A stretch of 64,000 nt of DNA from a virus (Duplodnaviria; Caudoviricetes), in the IMG/VR virus record IMGVR_UViG_3300020190_000004. The stretch is one strand, 5' to 3'. The first letter of the stretch is position 1. Each line of letters opens with the position of its first letter. This document shows, piece after piece, positions 28,215-36,609 of this stretch. A model generated the notes under the pieces. The model searched no databases. It was not told where the DNA came from and saw only the letters and a list, made by a program, of their open reading frames with translations. A program made the position numbers and the translations under genes.

Positions 28215-28256
28215 AATTATAGAATAAAATTAACCAAAATAATCATATAATGCAAA
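28215..28256 (-). promoter_or_regulatory. Putative host-RNAP early promoter, second copy
   Basis: TTTGCAT-N10-TTTTGGTTAATTTTATTCTATAATT, same architecture as 2079..2120; upstream of ligA. Confidence 0.6.
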
Positions 28257-28274
28257 CTTTTAAGCAACTTTTTT

Positions 28275-28754
28275 CTAAAAGTTATTAACAATTCTTTCTA
28301 GGTTTTCTGATCGCGTAAGTATTCGCCACGTCATATCATACAGCTGCTCTACAGTCGCAACAAATTCTATCCCGGGTTTATTCCACTCGTGTGGAGCAAT
28401 AAGAGACAAGAAAAGAGTGTTATCATCACGTGTATACAGATGATATACTTCACCGGCATCTGGTTTAAAGTTAAACTTTGCACGATACACCAAGAGGGAG
28501 ACTAATCTTCTTTCTTCTAGTTCTGTGTATTGCTTTTTAAGAAGTTCAACTTGCTCCAAAATTTGTTTCTTTTGCATCTCAACTTGCTCGTTCATGGCGG
28601 CAGCTGACTTGCTCAAGATAACACCCATTTCAGTAGGTCTGAATGCAGGTGCACTTATGTTATGCCCATAAGGAAGTAAGCCGGGATATACCGGCATCAT
28701 GTTCTCGTCCTTTTGCGTAGGATCTTTTTCCATCTTATTTAATTTGATGGTCAT
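28275..28754 (-). CDS. DUF2452-like protein
   Basis: LPYG....APAF, A...F.P..G..YHLY, FLSLI.P.EW motifs. Confidence 0.7.
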   Translation of the reverse strand: MTIKLNKMEKDPTQKDENMMPVYPGLLPYGHNISAPAFRPTEMGVILSKSAAAMNEQVEMQKKQILEQVELLKKQYTELEERRLVSLLVYRAKFNFKPDAGEVYHLYTRDDNTLFLSLIAPHEWNKPGIEFVATVEQLYDMTWRILTRSENLERIVNNF

Positions 28755-28882
28755 CTACAGCCATCGCATGTTTGCTTTTCATTATACCAGCAATTTCCTC
28801 AAAAGAATAAATTTGCCATGTAGTTTATATACAACAAAGGCTCTGGAGTTCCCAGAGCCATGTTGCGTTTGTGTTGTTTGAA

Positions 28883-29536
28883 TTATTCTAGAACTTTTTT
28901 AAGGACGGCACATTTTTCATATTCCTCGGTTTCAAGAAAGTATGTTATCATTTGATTTACGATAGTTTCACGATCTTGTTGAGATTCAACTCTTACAGTA
29001 ACACTTTCTTCATCGATGATTATATTCTTCTTGAAAGAATCAGGATCTTTGCTAATAAAGTTATATACCTGTCTATAGAAATCCTTTATGTTATCATCAA
29101 AATTTTCATCATCAGGTTTGTATACCCATTCTTCTTTAGGAAGATAGCGTTCAAATGTTTCAAGAGGGTCTCTTGTATTACCAAAAACTCGGTTATACAT
29201 GAGTGCATTCTGTAAAGAAATTAAAACTCCGGTGTCTATTTCATCAGATGTGAATTTATAGTCATCGGGGTCTGTTACTTCCCAGTCAGAAGGGAGTTGC
29301 TGCGAAGGCACTACCAACACTGTTCCGTACATAGCAACCTGAAAGAAAAAAGAAGCTATGGTATTTAGCGGTTCACCTTTTTTCTTTGCTTTTTCGTCGT
29401 ACATAACCCAAACAGGTCCGATCTTAAAAGGTTCAATGAAACCGTCCACTGTATCATTAAGATCCTGTAGGTTAAACTTTCTACCTTCAGGTCTCATGAT
29501 TTTTACTACATTGTCTAAACCGATTTTTAGTGCCAT
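28883..29536 (-). CDS. Hypothetical protein with DUF3846-like N-terminus and UVR-like C-terminus
   Basis: L.DL...V.G.IE...N..AS...GTVLV pattern; ends ETEEYEKCAVLKK. Confidence 0.55.
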   Translation of the reverse strand: MALKIGLDNVVKIMRPEGRKFNLQDLNDTVDGFIEPFKIGPVWVMYDEKAKKKGEPLNTIASFFFQVAMYGTVLVVPSQQLPSDWEVTDPDDYKFTSDEIDTGVLISLQNALMYNRVFGNTRDPLETFERYLPKEEWVYKPDDENFDDNIKDFYRQVYNFISKDPDSFKKNIIIDEESVTVRVESQQDRETIVNQMITYFLETEEYEKCAVLKKVLE

Positions 29537-29542
29537 ACTTTA

Positions 29543-31399
29543 TTAAACTATTTCACAAGCTCCACCAGCACACGCTGCTTCACTTTTAAGATCAGTAGCG
29601 TCCTCTAATTCTATCACGTTCTTTAGATTTATATCTTTAATGTGATAAGACAATTCATCAAACTGTTCTTTTGTGATATCTTCAAACGGTGCTTGTGTAT
29701 AAGTACCACCGTCATAAGGTAAAACTGAAAGTCCGTTATAGCAGTGTTTGTTTTTCCACATCCAGTCTCCTATAGTATCCCATTCATCAGACTTAACGCT
29801 AATCGTGGCAGATATATTATGCGTATTGTTACCGGTCCTGTGACCAGGTTTTATCCAGTCAAGGTAAACACGTTTAACACGCTCAAGCAAGTCCATGGAA
29901 GATTCTGTTCTCAAGATTGCTCCTTCAGGTGCTTTAATTGGAATTTCAATTACTGCGGTAGTTGTAGGAGAGAAAAACTCATCTTTAACAAGTTCTGGGT
30001 GATTAATAGCCAAGAACGAATACATTGCTTCATTTTTTCCTACTCGCATACGACGAACGTAATAGTCGTTATGCCAAGCATGAATTCCTGAAGAACAGCC
30101 TAGAACAAGAGATGAAGTGCCAGACGGTTTAACGGTTGTAGTACGAGCTGCTCTGTTAATTCCGATAGTAGAAGCAATTCTAGCGTTTTCTTCTTTAACT
30201 GCTTCAGCGGCAGCTTTCATATCAAGATTAAGAACGCGGCCAGAACCAATTCCTGTCATACCCACACCAATAAGTGCATCTTTCTCAGTGTTACGTTTCC
30301 ATACTGGACGCAAGTAGTGGAAGTCAGTATAACCTGCTTGAAGAGTTCCAACGAAAGCAGCAGCTTTACATCTTGCCTCGTATTCTTCTTGAGAATCTAC
30401 ATCATCTACATTAACTTCTGTTAAATTACAGAATTGAAATGGACGAAGAGCAATTTCACAGCAAGGATTAGTGCCCCAGTCTTTATCGTTATTAAAGTAA
30501 ATTCCCGGTTCGCCTGAACCACTTGCTTCAATCTTTTTCCATAAATCAACAAAATCTTCTTTCTCAATTTTGTTGCGAAGAATCACAGCGCTGTTGTTTG
30601 CTCTTCCACGTTGTGGGTTAAGTTCCCACCAGTTTCCAAACTTACAAGTACGCATATCTTCATCATCAAACGAGAATAAAGAGATAAGAGCAGCTCTGCG
30701 AATACCACCAGCAAGAACTGCATCGGCAATGTGACAAACGATGTCATGAACTTCAATCGGAGATAGCATCTCGCCGTCTTCTTTTCTTTCAAGAATTAGT
30801 TCTATGTTCATAAGACATCTCTTTAAAGGCTCAGGACCCGGCGCCTTACCACCAGAGGTAACAAGTCTTGCACCTTTGTGGCGTATATCTGAAAAGTCAA
30901 ATGCTGGTTTATATCCTCCATAAAAATATGATTTCATCAAGTACTTAACTGCATCAGCCCATCCTTCAATAGAATCACTGATTAAATATCTGCGAGATTT
31001 TCGCGGTTTGCTAATCTCTGGTAATTTTTCGATGTGGTGACATTGTACACTATAACCAACACCCGTCCCTCCTAATAGAAGAAACATAACTTCTCCAAAA
31101 GCTCTCCAATCATCGATTGGTAAATAAGCACAGTTGTAAACTCTGTTTGGTGAAATTTCAATAGGCTTACCTCCAAATTGAAGGGATCTCATTGAAGGAA
31201 GAATCTTTTTGTTTTTTACGAAGTTTTCGTAAACGTTTTCAATCTCATCTGCGAGCTGTGGGTATTTTTTCTTGTGCATATCTTTGTTGCGGTCAACGAT
31301 CTCTGCCCACGATTCTCGTCTTTCTTTCCCCGGTAAATACTTAGCGTACTTAGTGAATACCGTTATTTCACTAAGGACCTCAATCGACTTGTCTTTCAT
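29543..31399 (-). CDS. nrdJ: Class II (adenosylcobalamin-dependent) monomeric ribonucleotide reductase
   Basis: VYNC, GG.RRAA, GEPG, TNPCCEI, TVKPSGT, C-terminal CAGGACEIV; no beta-subunit gene in window. Confidence 0.9.
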   Translation of the reverse strand: MKDKSIEVLSEITVFTKYAKYLPGKERRESWAEIVDRNKDMHKKKYPQLADEIENVYENFVKNKKILPSMRSLQFGGKPIEISPNRVYNCAYLPIDDWRAFGEVMFLLLGGTGVGYSVQCHHIEKLPEISKPRKSRRYLISDSIEGWADAVKYLMKSYFYGGYKPAFDFSDIRHKGARLVTSGGKAPGPEPLKRCLMNIELILERKEDGEMLSPIEVHDIVCHIADAVLAGGIRRAALISLFSFDDEDMRTCKFGNWWELNPQRGRANNSAVILRNKIEKEDFVDLWKKIEASGSGEPGIYFNNDKDWGTNPCCEIALRPFQFCNLTEVNVDDVDSQEEYEARCKAAAFVGTLQAGYTDFHYLRPVWKRNTEKDALIGVGMTGIGSGRVLNLDMKAAAEAVKEENARIASTIGINRAARTTTVKPSGTSSLVLGCSSGIHAWHNDYYVRRMRVGKNEAMYSFLAINHPELVKDEFFSPTTTAVIEIPIKAPEGAILRTESSMDLLERVKRVYLDWIKPGHRTGNNTHNISATISVKSDEWDTIGDWMWKNKHCYNGLSVLPYDGGTYTQAPFEDITKEQFDELSYHIKDINLKNVIELEDATDLKSEAACAGGACEIV

Positions 31400-31405
31400 T
31401 GCTTT

Positions 31406-31723
31406 TTAATCTTTTTTGGGTGTTTGTTTGTAATACTTTAGAATTAGTCCACTGAGAGGTTTCACGTGCTTTCTCCATTCTTCGTTAAGAATAAGTTCTA
31501 ACATAATCATTGGCCGGAACGTTTCTGAATCAATCCAGGTGTGGATCCTAAAGTCTTCATAATTGCCTGCGTATTTCTTTAAATAATCAGCAATTTCCCT
31601 CAGGCGGTCTGGGTTGTCCTGTAAGTCTTCCATTGTGAAGTGAAAGTGCTTATAAATTGACGGCCGGTCAACGCTTTGCTGTAAGCGCTCAATAATTTGA
31701 TTGTGTATATTCATGGGTTTCAT
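31406..31723 (-). CDS. Hypothetical protein
   Basis: 105 aa ORF with 4-nt overlap to the polymerase N-half stop. Confidence 0.6.
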   Translation of the reverse strand: MKPMNIHNQIIERLQQSVDRPSIYKHFHFTMEDLQDNPDRLREIADYLKKYAGNYEDFRIHTWIDSETFRPMIMLELILNEEWRKHVKPLSGLILKYYKQTPKKD

Positions 31724-33096
31724 TGTATATATTTTTTAAGTTGCTCAATTTCTTCTTCTATTTGCATGTAGTTTTTCTTGGCAACTTTGCGTTTTCCGTA
31801 GTATTCTGACAGAATTGTTCTAAAAGCACTGTCGGTATCTTTTTGAAAAACTGCGCCAGACGAGCACACAATTTCAGTGTTAAGATTTACCTCGGATTCT
31901 TTGGTAACATTTTTAACATATGATTCAGGTGATATGTTCCACTGTCTCATGATAGACGGATATAGTGATGCGAAGTCAAAAGAAACCACCCATTCATAAA
32001 GCCCCGTTTTTGGTTCTACGACAAATGCGCCTTCGTACTTTTCTCTTTTCTTAGTCTGTTTTTCCATTTTAGGAAAAACTCGTCCTCTTGTTTGAAACTC
32101 ACGAGCCATGGCTGCTTCTGCCATCCATATTGGACTGTATGCGCGGTTTGCTTCAACGCGTGTTATGTTACCCAGTGTTAAGAAAGTTTGAAGAGTATTG
32201 AGCTTTTTGTCTATCATTTCAACCAGTTTAGTGTCAACTGCGTTGTAGAATATATAAGACTCAAAGTCATTTTCATAAAGGTCTTGAAGAGTCCCGTTGT
32301 ATTTTACTTTAGGTATTCCTAAAGCAGTCTTTCCTACGAAATCAAGCGTGTTGTTTTCTTTGATGTCAATGACACGGTCCCATTTCTTATATACATCAAG
32401 GTAGTCAACAACAAGACGATGCTGTGGTAGTTTCATGTCGCCGCTAAGTTTGTGTGATGGCGAGCAGGGGGATGGATCTATATTAAGACGTTTACATCTG
32501 TTCATTAAGTATAGCCAGTCGAAGGCTATGAAGTTCCAGCCTGTAAGAAGAGGCATTTTCTGAACTGCTTTGTAAAAGAAACTTACAAGCATATCGTATT
32601 CACTCTTAAAGTAAAGATAGTTATACTCAACATCTTCTTTTAGGTGTTCAGTAATTCTTTTCTTAATGTTTAAGATTTGCGCAGATGTTAGAGGACGCGT
32701 GCCCATTGATATTAAACGATTCCCATTACAGAAAGTTATTGCAGTAACTGGAAACTTTGCTGTTTCAGGTTTAGGCCACTCGTCGCCAACTTCGGTTTCA
32801 ATATCAAGAAAGAATTTTTTAGGAACATTTGATGAATATATGTTTCGGGTTCTCTCTTCAGGTAGGGAATTTAAGTAATCTTCAATTCTCCACTTACTTA
32901 GAAATCTTGCTCGTTTTTTGCGAACAGGCTTCCCATCCCAAGAAAACATACCAGGCTCTGCTTTTTCTCCTGGGTTAACGTATTCCCATTCATACATCTG
33001 ATCCGACGGAATATCAAAAGTATCAATGGCAATATCGCCGTTTTCATCAAAATATGAAATTCTTAATCTACCGTCTTGTTGTTCGATGTCTATCAT
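31720..33096 (-). CDS. gp43A: Family B DNA polymerase, N-terminal half (3'-5' exonuclease + motif A)
   Basis: ExoI FLDIETE, ExoII TGWN...FD, ExoIII YNAVD, YEGAFV.EP, SFDFASLYPS; ends in the first fingers helix. Confidence 0.93.
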   Translation of the reverse strand: MIDIEQQDGRLRISYFDENGDIAIDTFDIPSDQMYEWEYVNPGEKAEPGMFSWDGKPVRKKRARFLSKWRIEDYLNSLPEERTRNIYSSNVPKKFFLDIETEVGDEWPKPETAKFPVTAITFCNGNRLISMGTRPLTSAQILNIKKRITEHLKEDVEYNYLYFKSEYDMLVSFFYKAVQKMPLLTGWNFIAFDWLYLMNRCKRLNIDPSPCSPSHKLSGDMKLPQHRLVVDYLDVYKKWDRVIDIKENNTLDFVGKTALGIPKVKYNGTLQDLYENDFESYIFYNAVDTKLVEMIDKKLNTLQTFLTLGNITRVEANRAYSPIWMAEAAMAREFQTRGRVFPKMEKQTKKREKYEGAFVVEPKTGLYEWVVSFDFASLYPSIMRQWNISPESYVKNVTKESEVNLNTEIVCSSGAVFQKDTDSAFRTILSEYYGKRKVAKKNYMQIEEEIEQLKKYIQ

Positions 33097-33584
33097 ATAA
33101 TTCCTGTTGAACCGAATCCGCCTTCACCGCGTTCCGTAGTATTTGTATACAGTTCTTCAAGTGTAGTTTCCTCTGGGTTTGAATAATTGATTGGAAGTAG
33201 AATAAATTGAACTAATTTATCGCCAGGGTTAATGGTTACATGTCCTGAGTTAGTTGCGTAATGACCGTCCATGTCCCAAACCTCTGACGGGTGATTTGTG
33301 TTAATCATGTTAATGTGAACCTCTCCTTGGTAATCTTCATCAACCACGCAAGCACCGACCATCAATCCTGTTTTGGATGCAATACCGCTTTTGTTAAAAG
33401 CAATAAGTGCATAACCGCTTGGAACGTTAACCTTAATTCCGCTAGGAATAAGTACTCGACCGCCTGGCGGTATTGAGTAAGGTTCTCCGTCATTCCAAGT
33501 ATCAGGAATAAAAAAGTCAATACCCGCAGATTGAGAAGTGCCTCGAGATGGAGACTTAACATCTTTAATTTTTGTGTATTTCAT
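33093..33584 (-). CDS. dut: Trimeric dUTPase
   Basis: SAGIDF, KSG, VVDEDYQGE, GDKLVQ, RGEGGFGSTG. Confidence 0.95.
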   Translation of the reverse strand: MKYTKIKDVKSPSRGTSQSAGIDFFIPDTWNDGEPYSIPPGGRVLIPSGIKVNVPSGYALIAFNKSGIASKTGLMVGACVVDEDYQGEVHINMINTNHPSEVWDMDGHYATNSGHVTINPGDKLVQFILLPINYSNPEETTLEELYTNTTERGEGGFGSTGII

Positions 33585-33707
33585 AATGTAAAGGATATTT
33601 AGTAGTTTTATTCATAAACCTTTATATAGTTTTCTTAGGATTTAAGAACTTTCTAAAAAAACTGAATAAAACTATCAACGGAGTTTGGGTGGGAGTCTAC
33701 CTATATA

Positions 33708-33741
33708 GTTGACAATTTGTCAACAAGATAAGACATCTTGT
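33708..33741. promoter_or_regulatory. Two adjacent inverted repeats upstream of hsp20
   Basis: GTTGACAA-T-TTGTCAAC (33708..33724) and ACAAGAT-AAGAC-ATCTTGT (33723..33741). Confidence 0.5.
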
Positions 33742-33826
33742 GACAAACTTACAGGGTAATACCACATTTTATGATCTGGCATACATTTTGGGTATATTTA
33801 ATTGTAAACTCAAAAACAAATTACAT

Positions 33827-34168
33827 ATGTACAAAACATTTTTAGATGAAGCCTTCGACATTGCGATTGGCAAACACAAACCTCAAAGATGGGGACTTAA
33901 AGAAACTGAAACCGGTTATGACATCAGTGTGTTACTTCCTGGTTTTACGAAAGAAGAAGTAGCTGTCACGGTTGAAAATGATTTCATCAAGGTTAATGCT
34001 GAAACTGATAGAGAACTGCCGGGTTTTATAAGCAAGAAAGAAAATTTAACCTTTAAGGCAACAGATGTTGATTCTGAGAGTATTTCTGCTAAATTAGAAA
34101 ACGGCCTGTTAATTTTATCAGTAGCCAAGAAAGTTGAAAAGCAAAAGAAAACTATCTTAGTTATCTGA
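33827..34168 (+). CDS. hsp20: Small heat-shock protein (Hsp20/alpha-crystallin)
   Basis: LPGF.KEEV.V.VEN..I.V, ISAKLENGLL.LSV.K. Start at MYKTF (33827) preferred over TTG/GTG 33740. Confidence 0.9.
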   Translation: MYKTFLDEAFDIAIGKHKPQRWGLKETETGYDISVLLPGFTKEEVAVTVENDFIKVNAETDRELPGFISKKENLTFKATDVDSESISAKLENGLLILSVAKKVEKQKKTILVI

Positions 34169-34171
34169 TTC

Positions 34172-34200
34172 AGAAGGGTTGTTATCATCCTCTTTTTTCT
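34172..34200 (+). terminator. Possible intrinsic terminator after hsp20
   Basis: Imperfect AGA(A)GGGT/ATCCTCT stem followed by a T-run. Confidence 0.35.
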
Positions 34201-34290
34201 TATCTCTTCTACTATGAATTTCGTACACTATTACCGGTGATATACCAGTAATAATTAGAATTATTATGAAAATAATTGGAAGATATTCTA

Positions 34291-34533
34291 TCACTTCTTA
34301 TCACCGTACAATTCGTGATAAGATTTTGTATGTTTAGATGCTTTTAGCATTTTCTTACCTTTAGTATCACCAGGCAGCTCTTTGTATGCATCGGGATCGT
34401 CATCGGGCATATCTGCTTGCTTTGCCATTTGAGACTTTTTCTTATCAATGGTACCTTTGCCAATCCCTTTAAAGTAAGGAGCGTCTTTTTCTGCCTCAGT
34501 TAAGAAGGTCTCAAATGTGCTTATGTGTTTCAT
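34291..34533 (-). CDS. Leader-bearing putative internal head protein
   Basis: Starts MKHISTFETFLTE. Confidence 0.7.
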   Translation of the reverse strand: MKHISTFETFLTEAEKDAPYFKGIGKGTIDKKKSQMAKQADMPDDDPDAYKELPGDTKGKKMLKASKHTKSYHELYGDKK

Positions 34534-34538
34534 ATCCA

Positions 34539-34889
34539 TTATTTCTTTTTAGGATTGAAACCGGCCTTTCGGGCTTCTTTTGCCAAGTCGGTATCAGCTT
34601 TACCCCATGTGCCTTCACCGCCAGTCAAGAAGCTGTTTACGCGAGCATATGCCCATTGCTCTTGGCCTGCACCAGGGCGGTGACCAGACTTCCAAGCAGC
34701 CATGCCTCGACGGAATACTGCACGGATAATTCCTATTGGACAGCCAGACTCTTCTGCCTTGTTCTTAACACCAGTCTCTAATTCTTCGCTGTCAAGTGGG
34801 CCGCGGTCAGTTGATTGCTTGTCATCGTCTTCAGCTTCAAGTAAATAGCTTTCGTATAAGAAGCTTTCAAATGTGTGTATGCGTTTCAT
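34539..34889 (-). CDS. Leader-bearing protein with GHRPG...WAYARVNSF motif (DUF5824-like)
   Basis: Starts MKRIHTFESFLYESYLLE; payload motif recalled from other viral proteins. Confidence 0.7.
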   Translation of the reverse strand: MKRIHTFESFLYESYLLEAEDDDKQSTDRGPLDSEELETGVKNKAEESGCPIGIIRAVFRRGMAAWKSGHRPGAGQEQWAYARVNSFLTGGEGTWGKADTDLAKEARKAGFNPKKK

Positions 34890-34910
34890 ATATTATGTAT
34901 GTTTAATTTC

Positions 34911-34919
34911 TTATATATC
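34911..34919 (-). promoter_or_regulatory. Putative late promoter GATATATAA
   Basis: About 21 nt upstream of the ATG at 34889. Confidence 0.55.
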
Positions 34920-34925
34920 TTTTTT

Positions 34926-35546
34926 TCATGGTTTTGCTATTAAGTACCCTGAAAGTTGATTGGCAAAATCAACGAAATCATTAACTAGGTTTTTGCTTAT
35001 TCTTTCGTCCGAAGTTCCGATGTTATGACAGCTAATAAAACCAATCAGATCTCCCTTAAGACCGCGAATAGGAATTACAACATTTTGAACGATTCCTTGG
35101 TTTATCATTTCACGAGCCATAACAGGATACTCATCACAGCAATGAGCATCAACTATAACCATATCTTCTTCAAAAAGAATGTTAAACAGTTTTGGAAATT
35201 CTGATACGAGCAGATTTTGGTATTCTCTTTTGATGCGAGCAATTCCAGGCGCAGTGGCTTCATATGTCATAGAGAATTTTTTCATACTTCTGCCGTTAAA
35301 GAATTTACCACCATTATGAAATTGTGATATTGCTACACGATCGAACTCATATTCTTCGCGAATCTTTTCAATGAATTCTGCTATATGGACCATTTCACCA
35401 ACGTCCGCGTGCTTGATTGCTTCTTCAGCATGTTGTTTCCTAATAGCTGCACGAGTATCTAGCCAATTCTTAACGACAACTGTTATGATAGCAATCATTA
35501 TCGAGGTAAAACCGGATATCAAAGATATTGTAACTGATTCGCTCAT
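34926..35546 (-). CDS. N-terminal TM + GAF-like domain protein (T4 holin T-like architecture)
   Basis: Hydrophobic helix at residues ~6-26, then a GAF-like pattern ending QNVVIPIRGLKGDLIGFISC. Confidence 0.55.
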   Translation of the reverse strand: MSESVTISLISGFTSIMIAIITVVVKNWLDTRAAIRKQHAEEAIKHADVGEMVHIAEFIEKIREEYEFDRVAISQFHNGGKFFNGRSMKKFSMTYEATAPGIARIKREYQNLLVSEFPKLFNILFEEDMVIVDAHCCDEYPVMAREMINQGIVQNVVIPIRGLKGDLIGFISCHNIGTSDERISKNLVNDFVDFANQLSGYLIAKP

Positions 35547-35686
35547 CTTCCTTGCCCCCTATAAGACTTTTTGTAGTTTTTTGAACTCTTAAGCTTAGAT
35601 GCTCTCTTTTTTGAATGAATTCCTGGTCTTTTTACTTTTTGCCTTTTTACAAAAGACTTTACTTCTGACGTTTTTGATCTTGCCAT
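35543..35686 (-). CDS. Small highly basic protein (47 aa) ending YRGQGR, missed by ORF track
   Basis: Manual translation MARSKTSEVKSFVKRQKVKRPGIHSKKRASKLKSSKNYKKSYRGQGR; its TGA overlaps the next ATG (ATGA). Confidence 0.75.
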   Translation of the reverse strand: MARSKTSEVKSFVKRQKVKRPGIHSKKRASKLKSSKNYKKSYRGQGR

Positions 35687-36228
35687 GTCTTAACCCATTT
35701 TTTGTAATCGTCGAAGCTCATAATTCCAATGCGTGTGTTGACGTCATCTTCGTCATCTTCTCCAAATTTATCACCAGAACCCACGTTTCCGTTAGCTGGT
35801 GGTGAAACATTACCCATGCCAGGTGTGTTAGGAGGTTGCGCAACCCCGGGAGGGACAGTAGCCGCAACTGCTTCATTCTTTTTTTTCTCGTCGTCTTCTT
35901 TCTTATCAGATATAAAGTCAATAAATGATTGAATAAGTGGATCTTGCTTGTCTCTTGTAGCTAATATATGACTAGCTCCAATGTTTGCCGAGTATTTACT
36001 ATATCTTACCAAGGGGCCGGTACTTAGGAATCCGGATATACTCCCTTCCTCTATGTGTTTAGGTAGCCCTTCGTGTTTAGTTTCTGCAAAATCCTTTAGC
36101 TGATCAAGGGTCATGCTGTCAGCTAAATCTTGTACCTCTCTGCTAGCTTTCGTGGGTTTCATATCACCTTTTTTAAGAGCGTATGCCATACCCATTAGCT
36201 TTTGCTGTGCTTGAGATACCGCAGGCAT
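35659..36228 (-). CDS. DUF3008-like N-terminal domain with Pro/Gly-rich linker
   Basis: MPA.SQAQQ..MG.A.A.K.G...S.....M...QL.DFA.TK..GLP motif. Confidence 0.65.
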   Translation of the reverse strand: MPAVSQAQQKLMGMAYALKKGDMKPTKASREVQDLADSMTLDQLKDFAETKHEGLPKHIEEGSISGFLSTGPLVRYSKYSANIGASHILATRDKQDPLIQSFIDFISDKKEDDEKKKNEAVAATVPPGVAQPPNTPGMGNVSPPANGNVGSGDKFGEDDEDDVNTRIGIMSFDDYKKWVKTWQDQKRQK

Positions 36229-36230
36229 GA

Positions 36231-36578
36231 TTAAGTAGTTTTTTGTTTCATTATTGCCTCGTGAACTCTTTCTCCCATTTTAGATAAAGTGTAGTACTTG
36301 GTGTTATTCTTTTCAACAACATTAAAGTAACGAGTATTTTTGTTAACCCATTTACGACTAGTGTTTCCGCCAGTTTCTTCGTTAACACTGTTGATGAATT
36401 CCATCAACTGTGTATGAGTCACTTTTTTCTTTTCTTTAACGAAAGATAGGATTCTTTCACGAATAGGAGCATTATCTGAAACCGCAGATTCTGGATGTTT
36501 CTCGGTGTATTTTCTCTTGATAACAACACGCCCTTCATTTATCATGAAGTCAGTAAAGTTATTTACGTATTTGTTCAT
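36231..36578 (-). CDS. Leader-bearing protein, possible winged-helix payload
   Basis: Starts MNKYVNNFTDFMINE; helix-turn-helix/wing-like C-half. Confidence 0.65.
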   Translation of the reverse strand: MNKYVNNFTDFMINEGRVVIKRKYTEKHPESAVSDNAPIRERILSFVKEKKKVTHTQLMEFINSVNEETGGNTSRKWVNKNTRYFNVVEKNNTKYYTLSKMGERVHEAIMKQKTT

Positions 36579-36600
36579 TTCCTGTCCTTATTTTAGTTTT

Positions 36601-36609
36601 GTATATATC
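36601..36609 (-). promoter_or_regulatory. Putative late promoter GATATATAC
   Basis: About 22 nt upstream of the ATG at 36578. Confidence 0.6.

Noticed and set aside
16238-33096. Split intein or trans-splicing joining the polymerase halves
   Set aside because: No intein block A/B/F/G residues at either junction, and the combined length (850 aa) matches an intein-free polB.
33708-33741. CIRCE/HrcA element before hsp20
   Set aside because: Sequence does not match TTAGCACTC-N9-GAGTGCTAA.
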